Below, in pieces: positions 1 through 9,687 of a stretch of DNA of 42,236 nucleotides (the stretch's first letter is position 1; every line of letters starts with the position of its first letter). Position numbers and translations under genes: made by a program. Location of the stretch: UHGV virus genome UHGV-0797471; one strand, 5' to 3'. Below the pieces are notes generated by a model. That model searched no databases. It worked only from the letters and a program-made list of their open reading frames with translations, and was not told the DNA's origin. Origin of the DNA: a virus.

Positions 1-472
1 ATTCTCAATCCTTATCTGCGTAGGCGCAGAAAACAAGCACACACATACAAGTCTTTTCTACGGGACAAAATGCAATGTGTTGCGGCTTTGTGTTACTGGA
101 CTGAGTTTATCAAGGTTAAATACACTGGATCAACATACAGTAAGTTAATGACAGTAAAGCATACAAACTCGATACAACTTACTGATTTTTAAAATGATTT
201 AACGGTAATTCATTGAAATGTCTTTACTAATTACTAAACGCTGTATTAATTGTGATATGTGTGAAATTAAATAAAAATACATTTATTTTCATGGTGATGC
301 AGTAATGTGTTATTGAATGTGTTATTGAATTTATGGTGCAAAAAAATTTTGCATACGTTCAGCAACACAAAGAGCTCCCCTTTCTATAAAGGTTCATTTG
401 AGACTCCCCCTTGACTCCCTCTTCGAAATTGAAGACCATTAACTGTACATAATTACAGTCCTGGATAATATT

Positions 473-739
473 ATGCGCAGAAAAGAATCAAACGTTAGCA
501 GTTTGCCGGAACTCACCAATTTTGAGGTAAGCTATTCCCTAGTTACCAATGAAGTTTACTTGTCTGCATCCTTCACTGATAACATGGCCTGTATACCAAA
601 CTGGCCCTTACAAGAATTTCCGGATCAACTAATATGCATTTCTCGAGCAAAAGCTATTGCCCTAATCGAAGAGCTCCAGAAGACCATCGACTATATGGAC
701 GCAGGAATCGATCGACAATCAGGTAGCCTGCTCCAGTAG
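473..739 (+). CDS. Hypothetical small protein (88 aa) in AT-rich cargo region
   Basis: ORF in six-frame track; no recognisable motif; weak ribosome-binding site; AT-rich context. Confidence 0.25.
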   Translation: MRRKESNVSSLPELTNFEVSYSLVTNEVYLSASFTDNMACIPNWPLQEFPDQLICISRAKAIALIEELQKTIDYMDAGIDRQSGSLLQ

Positions 740-1040
740 CTGGCGAGTTTTATACTCGTTCCCTGCAACAATGGGCTTTTGGTAAGGCACTCACAAATAA
801 GGAATTCGTTAAGGCTTTTGTTCTGGAGACTCTGAAAGATACAAGGAATCAGTTGATGGCTGGTTTGATCATACTAATTAATATATTGTCAAACTCACAA
901 TATATTAATTAGTGGTAGAACATAAAACCGAGTTCTTGACTTTCAATAGCTATTATATGCGATCAACAACCTTAACCATCTCCTTATATTTTATGAGATA
1001 CTCAAACAATTTAAATTTATGAGCAAAGGAAAATAATAAA

Positions 1041-1886
1041 GTGAATAAAAATCCCTGGGATATTCCAGCATGGCACGCTCTGGGCCGAGAAGCATCTTTA
1101 GTTACACAGCTCATTGGTTCTGGGGCAACAGCCATAGGTAAAGCCAATTATGCAGACAAAATAGGTGAATATTACACAGCATTTTTTGGGCTTTCTGTAG
1201 GTTTTGAGAGACTTGCTAAACTAATACTTGTTGCACACTATGCCATTGAACACAAAGGGAAAATGCCTGATGAGAATATTGTAAGAAAATTTGGACATAA
1301 GCTCATTGAATTAACCAACGAGGTTGATAGTATTTCTAAAAAAATGCAACTATCTCTGAGATATTCACGTCCTACACATAAAATTACCTACAAAATACTT
1401 GAATGTTTAGATTCCTTTGCTGATGCCCGACGGGGACGTTACGCAAATTTCTCCTCATTAAGCAGCCCCAATTTAACCAATAATGAACCTATTAATAAAT
1501 GGTGGGGAGAAGTAGCCGAGAGTATCCTTGAAAAACATTATTATTATACAGTTGAACAAAGACGTGTTGAAGAAAATGCTAGGTTTATCAATGCCACTCT
1601 TTCACCGTATACAACGGTCATGTATATGAATGAAAGTACCAACATTATGCAAGACCTTATATCAGCCTCCATCCGTACTGGACAAAATACCATTGTTCAA
1701 AAGTGGGGAAGATTCTATTCTCTTAGCATCGCTCGTTGGCTTGCCACAGTATTAGCAGAACTGTCTGATATAGCTTCTCATAAATATGGAATAATTAGTT
1801 TTTATGGCCTTAGTGAACATTGTTGCAGTTATATAGTTGAAGATAGTTTTTTAAAAAACAGAAAAATATGGCCACTTCGCCAATAG
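1041..1886 (+). CDS. Hypothetical cargo (moron) protein, 281 aa, function unknown
   Basis: GTG start with AAAGGA Shine-Dalgarno about 9 nt upstream; AT-rich compared with tail genes; ends 5 bp from the truncated invertase stop; no family recognised by eye. Confidence 0.5.
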   Translation: MNKNPWDIPAWHALGREASLVTQLIGSGATAIGKANYADKIGEYYTAFFGLSVGFERLAKLILVAHYAIEHKGKMPDENIVRKFGHKLIELTNEVDSISKKMQLSLRYSRPTHKITYKILECLDSFADARRGRYANFSSLSSPNLTNNEPINKWWGEVAESILEKHYYYTVEQRRVEENARFINATLSPYTTVMYMNESTNIMQDLISASIRTGQNTIVQKWGRFYSLSIARWLATVLAELSDIASHKYGIISFYGLSEHCCSYIVEDSFLKNRKIWPLRQ

Positions 1887-1890
1887 TTAA

Positions 1891-2205
1891 CTAGAAAATC
1901 TGCATAAGGGGGAGAAATCCCCCACCTGTAATAACATAACTACTAAAATTAACACCTTGTTCGCACAACTCCTCCACCAGCACGACAAGATGCCGCACAC
2001 TGCGCCCCAGCCGATCCAGCTTCCAGACAACCAGAGTGTCACCTGCCGATAATGTCCTGAGCAGTTTTTTCAGTCCCGGCCTTTCGGACTTTGTACCGCT
2101 TATCTTGTCTTCAAAAAACAGCTCGCATCCTGCACAGTTCAGCGCATTACGTTGTAGATCTGTGTTCTGGTCATTTGTTGACACACGTACATAGCCAATA
2201 AGCAT
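1891..2205 (-). pseudogene. Truncated serine recombinase / DNA invertase (Gin/Hin/Pin/Cin family), catalytic N-terminus only
   Basis: MLIGYVRVSTNDQNTDLQRNAL...GDTLVVWKLDRLGRS matches the invertase catalytic domain. The ORF stops after about 104 aa where full-length invertases are about 185-195 aa. No C-terminal HTH segment in any minus-strand frame; a G/C homopolymer sits at the divergence point. Confidence 0.7.
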
Positions 2206-2231
2206 AGTGGATCCCTCTGACAAAAGCAGGA

Positions 2232-2630
2232 ATGATGCCATTTGCTCGTTATTTCTGCATTTTCATAAACGTTGGTTTGGGAGAAGCGGCAAAACGGAAT
2301 GTGGGCACAGGAGATAATCAGATACCGGATATGGGAGCATTCGCTTCTGGTTCGGGATGGTTCAGGCTACCAGGTGGATATATTGTTCAGTTTGGCACTT
2401 TTTCAGGAAACACGACCCGCTTTATCAGTGGACACTTCCCTATACCATTCCCTAATCAGCCGATGATTTCAGTCAGTGTTATGTCTGATGCCGTTCAGTC
2501 AGACCCGTCGAATCCTGCCCCGCAGGTTTTGTCTGTAAATTTTGAACATATCAGTAATTCAGCGTGGCGTGTGGCAACCAGTGATATCTCACAGCAATAC
2601 AGATTCAGTTATATTTCGATAGGACGGTAG
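2232..2630 (+). CDS. Alternative tail-fibre C-terminal cassette (silent orientation; would fuse to the constant N-terminus after inversion)
   Basis: Shares the NxGLGE junction with tail fibre 3638-4450 at the inverted-repeat crossover; followed by a tail-fibre assembly gene; lacks its own N-terminal constant part. Confidence 0.5.
   Translation: MMPFARYFCIFINVGLGEAAKRNVGTGDNQIPDMGAFASGSGWFRLPGGYIVQFGTFSGNTTRFISGHFPIPFPNQPMISVSVMSDAVQSDPSNPAPQVLSVNFEHISNSAWRVATSDISQQYRFSYISIGR
2261..2286. repeat. Invertase crossover site (hix/gix-like), left copy
   Basis: Reverse complement CTTCTCCCAAACCAACGTTTATGAAA. The 15-mer CTTCTCCCAAACCAA is a perfect inverted repeat of 4081-4095. Resemblance to the hix/gix consensus is judged from memory. 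Confidence 0.55.
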
Positions 2631-2632
2631 AA

Positions 2633-3073
2633 ATGCAGAAATATATTTTCAGTGCCGATAAAAATGCGTTTTTCCCTGTGGAGCTTAAAATCGCTTATCA
2701 GGAATCCGGCGAATGGCCCGATGATGGAATCGAAATTGACGACACTGTTGCTGCCGAATTTATGAAGGAAGCACCAGAAGGAAAATACAGAGGTGTCATC
2801 GACGGAATGCCTGCATGGATTGATATTCCACCGCCAACTCATGAGGAACAAATTGCCGCAGCCGAACTGAAAAAGCAGCAATTGATTAATCAGGTCAACG
2901 AATACATAAACAGTAAGCAATGGCCTGGTAAAGCGGCGATTGGTCGCCTGAAAGGTGAGGAACTGGTGCAATATAATTTGTGGCTGGATTATCTGGACGC
3001 ACTGGAACTGGTCGATACTTCCGGTGCGCCAGATATTGAATGGCCTACGCCTCCGGCAGTTCAGGCCAGATGA
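2633..3073 (+). CDS. Tail fibre assembly protein (alternative copy)
   Basis: C-terminus ...[14 protein letters not shown] parallels the ...[14 protein letters not shown] end of the convergent assembly gene; position mirrors Mu U'. Confidence 0.6.
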   Translation: MQKYIFSADKNAFFPVELKIAYQESGEWPDDGIEIDDTVAAEFMKEAPEGKYRGVIDGMPAWIDIPPPTHEEQIAAAELKKQQLINQVNEYINSKQWPGKAAIGRLKGEELVQYNLWLDYLDALELVDTSGAPDIEWPTPPAVQAR

Positions 3074-3641
3074 CATCCGGCGCGGTGCTGGTATCTGTTG
3101 CCGTCACCGCGTCAATGTAATCCAGCACAGCGTTAAGCCGGGTTGTTTCTGCCTGCGTCAGTTTCCGCCCGGCTTGTAATTTCAGCTGAATCAGACTAAT
3201 GGAAGCCATTGCTGCATCAATCAGTGACTGGCGCTGTGCTTCTGACGCGTCTACTGCGGCGCTATGCTGTGCCTCGGTATCCGTCACCCATTTCTCACCA
3301 TCCCATTTATCGTATGGCGTTAACGGTGAAAGCGTGACATAACCATCTTTGATGGCACCGATATAATCCACTGTAACAGCTGCGCCATTTTCGATTGAGT
3401 AAACAGTCTCATTGCGATGGTCCTCTTCATGGCTCCATCCCTTACCTGTAAATACAGCCACTTTTCCCGGAATGTTTTCGCCAGGGTTAATTCCAGTGGA
3501 ACAGGCGGGCATACTTACGCCAGTATTAATATATTCATCAGACCAGCCCGTATACTCAGATGTTTCAGCATCATAATAAAAACAACGCATATCGCCCGGC
3601 ACTGTAGCCAGTCCATTTTCATCAAAAATTGGGGTCATCAT
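3045..3641 (-). CDS. Tail fibre assembly protein
   Basis: Conserved C-terminal assembly-protein motif; immediately downstream of the tail fibre gene. Confidence 0.7.
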   Translation of the reverse strand: MMTPIFDENGLATVPGDMRCFYYDAETSEYTGWSDEYINTGVSMPACSTGINPGENIPGKVAVFTGKGWSHEEDHRNETVYSIENGAAVTVDYIGAIKDGYVTLSPLTPYDKWDGEKWVTDTEAQHSAAVDASEAQRQSLIDAAMASISLIQLKLQAGRKLTQAETTRLNAVLDYIDAVTATDTSTAPDVIWPELPEA

Positions 3642-4450
3642 TTAGCCCTCACCAGAAAGTTAAATGCAATATTTCGCGGTCTGACGGCAACAAAATTCAC
3701 ACCATCACCCACAGAGTTACTGGTGAAATTAAATCGTGAAAATCCTGGCTGATTTCCGGCGATACCATCATGAAAATTAATTGTGTGGCCCGCACCATCG
3801 CCTATATTCCCGGCAAACTGAGAAAAGTTTGTAGCTGCCTGCCAGCTTAATAATTCGCGACCACCGTCTGCACCTCGCCCGTCATCCCAGATACGAATGA
3901 AATCACCGCGGGCTTCAGGTAATACCAGCGAAGGAAACACTTTCGCCAGCACAGGGTAATCAGAGGCAGAAAATTTCGCCCCGTTAAACTTCAAAAACAC
4001 CATACCGGACCAGCTGTCGATGACAGAATTTGGCATTGCAGCGGACGGCCAGAAGAACGGAACGCCAATAGCTGGGGCACCTTCTCCCAAACCAAGGTTT
4101 TCGAGAGCTGTTTTCACCGTGCCGTCCGATTTGATATCGCCAAACGGATTCTTGCGGCTCAGGTATTCAACAGCAAACCCCGATCCCAGCAATTCAACAA
4201 AACCGGGCAGATCACCATTATCAAGCACATCCCGTTGCGTTTTATCACTTACAAACTGGGCCAGAGCTGCAGCAATAAAGCTGGCCTGCCGAATAACCTT
4301 ATTGACTTGCGCACTGGAGGCTTTCCCTGCTGTAAATCCAGATAAAAGCGCGGGCAACGCTTCCCATTCCTCCTGCGATATAACATTGGCATTTCGATCC
4401 GTTGCAAACGCTTTAAAGTCATTTTTCGCCATCAGAGTAATACTCCCCAT
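3638..4450 (-). CDS. Tail fibre protein (constant N-terminus plus currently expressed variable C-terminus)
   Basis: Position between baseplate genes and assembly protein; crossover site lies inside the ORF at codons 117-124. Confidence 0.65.
   Translation of the reverse strand: MGSITLMAKNDFKAFATDRNANVISQEEWEALPALLSGFTAGKASSAQVNKVIRQASFIAAALAQFVSDKTQRDVLDNGDLPGFVELLGSGFAVEYLSRKNPFGDIKSDGTVKTALENLGLGEGAPAIGVPFFWPSAAMPNSVIDSWSGMVFLKFNGAKFSASDYPVLAKVFPSLVLPEARGDFIRIWDDGRGADGGRELLSWQAATNFSQFAGNIGDGAGHTINFHDGIAGNQPGFSRFNFTSNSVGDGVNFVAVRPRNIAFNFLVRAK
4082..4107. repeat. Invertase crossover site (hix/gix-like), right copy
   Basis: TTCTCCCAAACCAAGGTTTTCGAGAG; inverted partner of 2261-2286, about 22 of 26 positions matching. 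Confidence 0.55.
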
Positions 4451-5112
4451 GCTCCTACATCAAAACCACTGATGAATTCGTTATCCATATCAAAACCAAA
4501 AAATTTTGAGCCTTCCGATGGGGTTTCCACCGAAGGTGTTTCAATGCCACCCGCCCATACCCCGGCGGCTTTTACTGTGAGATACCCCTGTTTAATTGCC
4601 GCAATTAACTCACGCGATACATCTGAAATATCAGTATCAGGAAAGACCCAGACCGATATCGTCATGTCCTGGTTATCGACTATCTGCATTCGCAGCCCGG
4701 ATCCTGCTGTTGCCGCGTCAAGAATTGCCGGAAGCGAATCATTCCGTCCGTCCCAGTTATTAATCGCAATCTTCGCTTTAAGAATGACACGATAAGTTTC
4801 ATCGCTGAGATACATGTATCCTGAATCAGGATCGTATGGTCCCTGCCATACCCCCTGATCATATCCAAGCCCGTCGGTATCCCAGCTGAAATAGACACCT
4901 GAGATAGGCTGGCTGACAACACGGCTACGTCCGATCCACAATCCAAGGATGTCAAGTTGCACACCAACCGCAGAGTCAATATCAAATGCACTAATCAGCC
5001 CTCTGGTGGCAGCCGCAACATCAATAAGTGGCCGGGTCATCAGATCAACATGCGCAAGAAATTTAGGTTTGGTGGCGTGGTAGTTCGTGATTAGTTCGGT
5101 GTATTTGCTCAT
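4432..5112 (-). CDS. Tail/baseplate protein (wedge-like)
   Basis: Position between baseplate J-like gene and tail fibre; 19-nt overlap with tail fibre start. Confidence 0.45.
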   Translation of the reverse strand: MSKYTELITNYHATKPKFLAHVDLMTRPLIDVAAATRGLISAFDIDSAVGVQLDILGLWIGRSRVVSQPISGVYFSWDTDGLGYDQGVWQGPYDPDSGYMYLSDETYRVILKAKIAINNWDGRNDSLPAILDAATAGSGLRMQIVDNQDMTISVWVFPDTDISDVSRELIAAIKQGYLTVKAAGVWAGGIETPSVETPSEGSKFFGFDMDNEFISGFDVGAWGVLL

Positions 5113-6308
5113 GACTCCACCGTTATAACGATATTTTTCGGGGTACAGGACGCAGATTCGTTGTATCTGATATCAATGTTTGATGACGACAAAGCCCCCG
5201 GGGATTTCCCAATCGTCAGTTCCTGAATATCGTAATAGCGTGCATTCCCGCCACTCACCACGCCAAGATTCGCCGGTGAGTAAATGCGACTTAAAAGGAC
5301 CGAATCACCAATCATCAGACTATTGATATAGTCGGAAATAGCCTGCTGGATCTGCTGCCCTATCTGTGAGGTATAACCCGTAAAAACTTTTAATTTAATC
5401 AGGGCATAAACAGGCACATCACTGGAACGCGAGAATTTGATTACATGGGGATTGCCGTATTTATCCGGAACCGTAACGGATGTTGTACCGTGAGTGGCTG
5501 TCCCCTGGCCTTTATTCCCTCTGATAGCCTGAGCAATATCCGTTACATCACCGCCATCCACAATTACAGCAACAGAGTGTGGCGGTAACCCGTTACCGTC
5601 CTCCGAACCAGTATCGTTTTCATAGAGTTTGTGGCGGGTTACACCGGTAACATTAGAAACAGCACCATCCAGTGCTTCAAATGGGGTTATTGATGGCAAC
5701 GCAACACTTTGCGACTGGCGGATACGTAACTCAGCGTCAGTTTCTGCCGGAGTGCCCACAGTGGCTGCAGCAGGATTGGTTACCGAAACCCAGCCACGGG
5801 TTGGCGTATTAATTTCAGTGATAGTTCCAGCCAGCGCCGCCACTGCACCACTGACGGAACATGTTGCGGTCACCATCACTGTACCATCCACGCCTACCAC
5901 CACTGAAGCAGGCAAACGCCATATCACATTATTACTGTCTTTCACGCTGCCATTAATGATGGTTGTTCCGGCAGTTCCTGTAAGAAGCAAATCAACCGTA
6001 GAGTTCGTCGCGCCTTTACGTGAAATACCATTTATTTTCACGTTACAGGTCAGTGCAGCCCCATAGCCGGTTGCCGGTGAAAAACAGTTGTAGACAGTTA
6101 TCGCAGTATTATTGGCATCATGAATCGCCAGCGCCATCAGAGCCACCATCTGGCCGTCTTTGCTGTCCGGTTCGAGGTAGGCATCACTGCCATAAATCTG
6201 CTGAAAATAGCTAATCAGGGTGCTGAGTATCGTCTGATAATCAGGCGCACTGATCCCCTCCGCGGTTACCTTTGCAGATAAACCGAGAGAATCAAGGTTC
6301 AGAGCCAT
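5109..6308 (-). CDS. Baseplate J-like protein
   Basis: Size (399 aa) and position in baseplate cluster; overlapping stop/start with neighbours. Confidence 0.5.
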   Translation of the reverse strand: MALNLDSLGLSAKVTAEGISAPDYQTILSTLISYFQQIYGSDAYLEPDSKDGQMVALMALAIHDANNTAITVYNCFSPATGYGAALTCNVKINGISRKGATNSTVDLLLTGTAGTTIINGSVKDSNNVIWRLPASVVVGVDGTVMVTATCSVSGAVAALAGTITEINTPTRGWVSVTNPAAATVGTPAETDAELRIRQSQSVALPSITPFEALDGAVSNVTGVTRHKLYENDTGSEDGNGLPPHSVAVIVDGGDVTDIAQAIRGNKGQGTATHGTTSVTVPDKYGNPHVIKFSRSSDVPVYALIKLKVFTGYTSQIGQQIQQAISDYINSLMIGDSVLLSRIYSPANLGVVSGGNARYYDIQELTIGKSPGALSSSNIDIRYNESASCTPKNIVITVES

Positions 6309-6661
6309 TACGCCTCCGATGTAACAGTCGTTATTCCATAAAGAGTGTCGATTTCAGCGGAAAACATGACACGTCGGGTCGTGGTATCCAGCGTCGTATT
6401 GAAAGAGAGGATTGATTTAACGCCCTGCGTTTCGAGGATGCGCTTACGGATCGCCAGGTTGTAGGTTTCCGGCTTCTGCTTACCGAGTACGGACTGGATC
6501 CACGGAGTCCCCTCGGTGGTGTCGAGAAACCATTGCCCATACCACAATTCGAATCGCGTTTTTACCGCCTGCGCCACGGCCTCCGGTGAGTTAATCAGCC
6601 AGGTGTCATCACCGCTGCCAAAGGTGTAATCGCCATCGGCGTCTTCACGTCTGTATCGCAT
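6308..6661 (-). CDS. Small baseplate protein (gp46/W-like)
   Basis: 117 aa, tightly coupled between the V-like and J-like genes. Confidence 0.45.
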   Translation of the reverse strand: MRYRREDADGDYTFGSGDDTWLINSPEAVAQAVKTRFELWYGQWFLDTTEGTPWIQSVLGKQKPETYNLAIRKRILETQGVKSILSFNTTLDTTTRRVMFSAEIDTLYGITTVTSEA

Positions 6662-7413
6662 CAGTTTACCCCGTCGGTACTGCTTCCACCGCGCTGAACA
6701 CCACCATGAGTGTGCGTATCATCGATTGGCTTGCCGTTAGCCTTCACGCTCCCCAAAAACTCAACAGCACCAGTGATTTTTGAAGCCACACCAGAAACCA
6801 CAGACCCCACCATGCCCCCCATCCAGGTTAACAGGCCATGAATGGTTACTTTCTCAGAAAAATCAGCCAGGGGGGCAACCACATCAAGCCCCCCCGGAGC
6901 GACAATTTTAATTTTCCTGGTATCAGGATTAAGCTCAAAATAGGTGCTGCCGTCGTCACTACGCAACTGTGTGGCACTGGTATTAATACCGCTAATCTTC
7001 CTAGCCTGCGACTGGGGACCGACAATACAAAACGCATCCGATAAATCATGCATTCTGTCATCAACCGTCTCCTGTATCCCGCCGCTCTGCCACCAGAAAT
7101 CAATACAACGATCGGCAAAAACGACAAGACACTCATCCCCAGCTTTTACCGGAAAAGTCAACGTACAGCCTCCGCCGCGCGGGAATACCACTGGCACATC
7201 CACCAGCAATGGGTAATTTTTGGTAATGCGGTTACCGTCGTTATCCTTTTCAACTGACCGGATAGCTGGCTGCACAACCGCCGTCACCGCGTCAGGATCG
7301 AATGACTGAATAATGCCAGGCAAGGCGACACGGATCTGGTTCTTTGTTGTTTCCCGTTCAGATTTAAATGTTTCGGCAAGATCGCCACTGCGGGTCTGGT
7401 CAGTTACTGCCAT
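6661..7413 (-). CDS. Baseplate assembly / spike protein (V-like)
   Basis: 250 aa with Gly-rich C-terminal stretch; position in baseplate operon. Confidence 0.45.
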   Translation of the reverse strand: MAVTDQTRSGDLAETFKSERETTKNQIRVALPGIIQSFDPDAVTAVVQPAIRSVEKDNDGNRITKNYPLLVDVPVVFPRGGGCTLTFPVKAGDECLVVFADRCIDFWWQSGGIQETVDDRMHDLSDAFCIVGPQSQARKISGINTSATQLRSDDGSTYFELNPDTRKIKIVAPGGLDVVAPLADFSEKVTIHGLLTWMGGMVGSVVSGVASKITGAVEFLGSVKANGKPIDDTHTHGGVQRGGSSTDGVN

Positions 7414-7420
7414 TGGTAGG

Positions 7421-7457
7421 CTCCAAAAAGCAAAAAACCCGCCGGGTGGCAGGTTTT
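7421..7457 (-). terminator. Intrinsic terminator downstream of moron cassette
   Basis: Minus-strand RNA AAAACCUGCC-ACCC-GGCGGGUUUU followed by UUGCUUUUU; about 9-10 bp stem. Confidence 0.5.
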
Positions 7458-7473
7458 ATCTCATGAAGAATGA

Positions 7474-7986
7474 CTATCGGTGGATAGTATTAAAGTATTC
7501 AGAAAGCTGATTATCAGTTATCAAACACAACTGCATCAAATAAATAGAGTATTTCAATAACTTTTCATCACGAACGGGGGCGGGACGTAAATACTTCCCG
7601 CCGTGAAAGAGATTATTTCTTATATACGGGATCTGCTTTAATGCTTCAGCAAGAGAATGAGGTTCGATTGGAGGTTTATCCTCCCACGAAAAATCATGCC
7701 TCTGCTGCTTCACAGGTTGCTGACATAGATACTCAACTGCCCTATCGACATTTCTATTTCCAGTAGGATATAAAGGCCGCGTATCATCAGTAGCGTAGCG
7801 GCTCCAGTCAGCACCGATTAGATAATTTCTACGATCAGTTTTTTTGAAATTAATTCTTTTTAACGCATATTCGAAACGCGAAAAATAATTAAAAAACCTT
7901 ATAACAAGAGTAATATCAATTCCGCCGAGAAGTTCCTGAAAGTCAGGGTCTTGAAATGAATTCAAAGGATCATCATCAACTGTCAC
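7474..7986 (-). CDS. Moron protein with HEPN-like R-x4-H motif (candidate RNase-type toxin / abortive-infection protein)
   Basis: RNNLFH at residues 123-128 of 170 fits the R-x4-6-H HEPN signature; AT-rich; inserted between baseplate genes; ATGA overlap with the upstream gene. Confidence 0.4.
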   Translation of the reverse strand: MTVDDDPLNSFQDPDFQELLGGIDITLVIRFFNYFSRFEYALKRINFKKTDRRNYLIGADWSRYATDDTRPLYPTGNRNVDRAVEYLCQQPVKQQRHDFSWEDKPPIEPHSLAEALKQIPYIRNNLFHGGKYLRPAPVRDEKLLKYSIYLMQLCLITDNQLSEYFNTIHR

Positions 7987-8318
7987 TTGCTGCTCACTTT
8001 TTTACACGGGAAAGATCCAATGATTTTCGGCGCGTCCATGCTGTTCTGCAGCAGCTGGACGTTCAGGAAAGCTTTTCCGTTACGTTTCACAAACTCAAAG
8101 CCGTAATTGTTACCATCACGGGAAGGCATCAGGCCCATGTCCATTTTCATGTTTGAATAGTCACCATCTTTTCCCAGAAATTTTATCTTCTGTGATGTGA
8201 CAGTTTCACCGTTAATAACAGTCATTCCGTCACCGGTCATCGTGTAGTTGCCGCACTGAATTGCAGCCATCGCCGGAGCAGTAACCATCATAACTAACGC
8301 CAAACATAACCGTTTCAT
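7983..8318 (-). CDS. Small secreted/periplasmic protein (signal peptide), moron
   Basis: N-terminus MKRLCLALVMMVTAPAMA is a typical Sec signal peptide; 111 aa; not a structural-protein pattern. Confidence 0.5.
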   Translation of the reverse strand: MKRLCLALVMMVTAPAMAAIQCGNYTMTGDGMTVINGETVTSQKIKFLGKDGDYSNMKMDMGLMPSRDGNNYGFEFVKRNGKAFLNVQLLQNSMDAPKIIGSFPCKKVSSK

Positions 8319-9382
8319 TAAAGCCCTCTTTCCCTCGCTGATGAGGAAACAAGATCCGCCGCGCCACGCGCTTCACACATCATATCCATGTACCACGCCT
8401 GGCCCCTTGTGTCGCCAGTGTACATAATCCCGCGCACAATATAAACGCCATCCGTTGCGATGCTGGCAGGCTGCGATGTGGTGCCGCTGAGCGTGATATT
8501 TCCGTCCGTGTTCTGGTCGGTGATCTGACCACCAGCCATCGCAATATCGTTGTTCGACAACGCGGTACGATAGACGGAAGCCTGATCCAGCTGAATGAGC
8601 CCGTTAACCCGGATGTTCGGATTAATAAGCGCGCGGACGTTTACGCCGTTACCGATAGTCTGCTGCGGCATTCCAATAAGCCCGGTAGCGCTGTTGAGCA
8701 CAATCGCTTCGTGAACATATTCGTTATTCACCACCATCTGGCGCTGACCGTCCACGAATTGCCATGTTGCGCCACATTGTCCGGCTACGTTATCCATTAG
8801 ATGCCGCGTCATGCCAAAGAGTACCCGCCCCCGGGGGAATACAGTAGCAGGCATTTCAGGCGTCAGGCCTTCGGTCGCGCCTTTGGCTTCGAAGTCTTTC
8901 ATCAGCGCACGGTTCACATCAGCGACCGTGTAACCGGCAGCCAGCGTCTGTGAGGTTATACTGGTAGCAAAAGCCAGATCAGTATCTGCTGCCTGAATCA
9001 GGACGTAGGTATCAACCGGACTGTCTTTTCCTGTGACCGAGTAGCGAATTTCACCGCTGAAAATCAGTCCGTAGTTGCGGCCATCTCTCTGGCCCACGTC
9101 CGCCGCGTCAACTTCCCGCACGGTCCCTACGTCGCTTGCTGACACCTCCGGCGCGATACCGTCGTAACCGGCAATCAGACGCACTTTCGAAAACTCCTGC
9201 CCGGTAATTCGGTTCACAGTATCTGCCGAGAGGTTATAAATTTTGATAGTCCCTACCCGGGACGCGCTGCTGATGTTGAACCAGTCGATCGTAAAGGTGA
9301 CTTTGAAATCACTTAGCTCAATTCCCTGACCGTTCCCGTCCACAAGCTGCAGCTCGAAATGTCTCATCCAGTTCTGTGACAT
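8318..9382 (-). CDS. Tail/baseplate hub-like protein
   Basis: 354 aa between tape-measure-proximal genes and baseplate cluster. Confidence 0.45.
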   Translation of the reverse strand: MSQNWMRHFELQLVDGNGQGIELSDFKVTFTIDWFNISSASRVGTIKIYNLSADTVNRITGQEFSKVRLIAGYDGIAPEVSASDVGTVREVDAADVGQRDGRNYGLIFSGEIRYSVTGKDSPVDTYVLIQAADTDLAFATSITSQTLAAGYTVADVNRALMKDFEAKGATEGLTPEMPATVFPRGRVLFGMTRHLMDNVAGQCGATWQFVDGQRQMVVNNEYVHEAIVLNSATGLIGMPQQTIGNGVNVRALINPNIRVNGLIQLDQASVYRTALSNNDIAMAGGQITDQNTDGNITLSGTTSQPASIATDGVYIVRGIMYTGDTRGQAWYMDMMCEARGAADLVSSSARERGL

Positions 9383-9384
9383 GC

Positions 9385-9687
9385 TTACTCCGTTGATACC
9401 AGTAAATGGCTGCGACCGCCCAGGTCAGTTTTTGTGGGGTAATCCTGTGTGTTGTCATCACAGACCACCACCAGCTTAAAACCAAGCCCCATACAGGCGT
9501 ACTGCGCCAGCAGGTCAGCACCAGTGACGAGAGGAATACCGGAGATTACCGGCTCCCCTCTGTCGTTCTGCAGGTCCATAATCCAGTACAGATCGCGCCA
9601 TATGATGCTAATCCGCCAGGTGACACCACCCAGGACGATGCTGAACTGCTGGTTGTCCGCTGTCAGCGGAATTTCCTGAATTGTCAT
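9385..9687 (-). CDS. Tail protein (small)
   Basis: 100 aa, translationally coupled within the tail operon. Confidence 0.4.
   Translation of the reverse strand: MTIQEIPLTADNQQFSIVLGGVTWRISIIWRDLYWIMDLQNDRGEPVISGIPLVTGADLLAQYACMGLGFKLVVVCDDNTQDYPTKTDLGGRSHLLVSTE

Noticed and set aside
1-120. Attachment-site core or tRNA at either window end
   Set aside because: No cloverleaf-compatible sequence recognised; the only shared motif between the two ends is an 8-mer, which is not significant.
5629-6066. Plus-strand ORF (145 aa) inside the baseplate J-like gene
   Set aside because: Entirely antisense to a well-supported late gene in a tightly packed operon; Ala/Val/Thr-rich shadow-frame composition.
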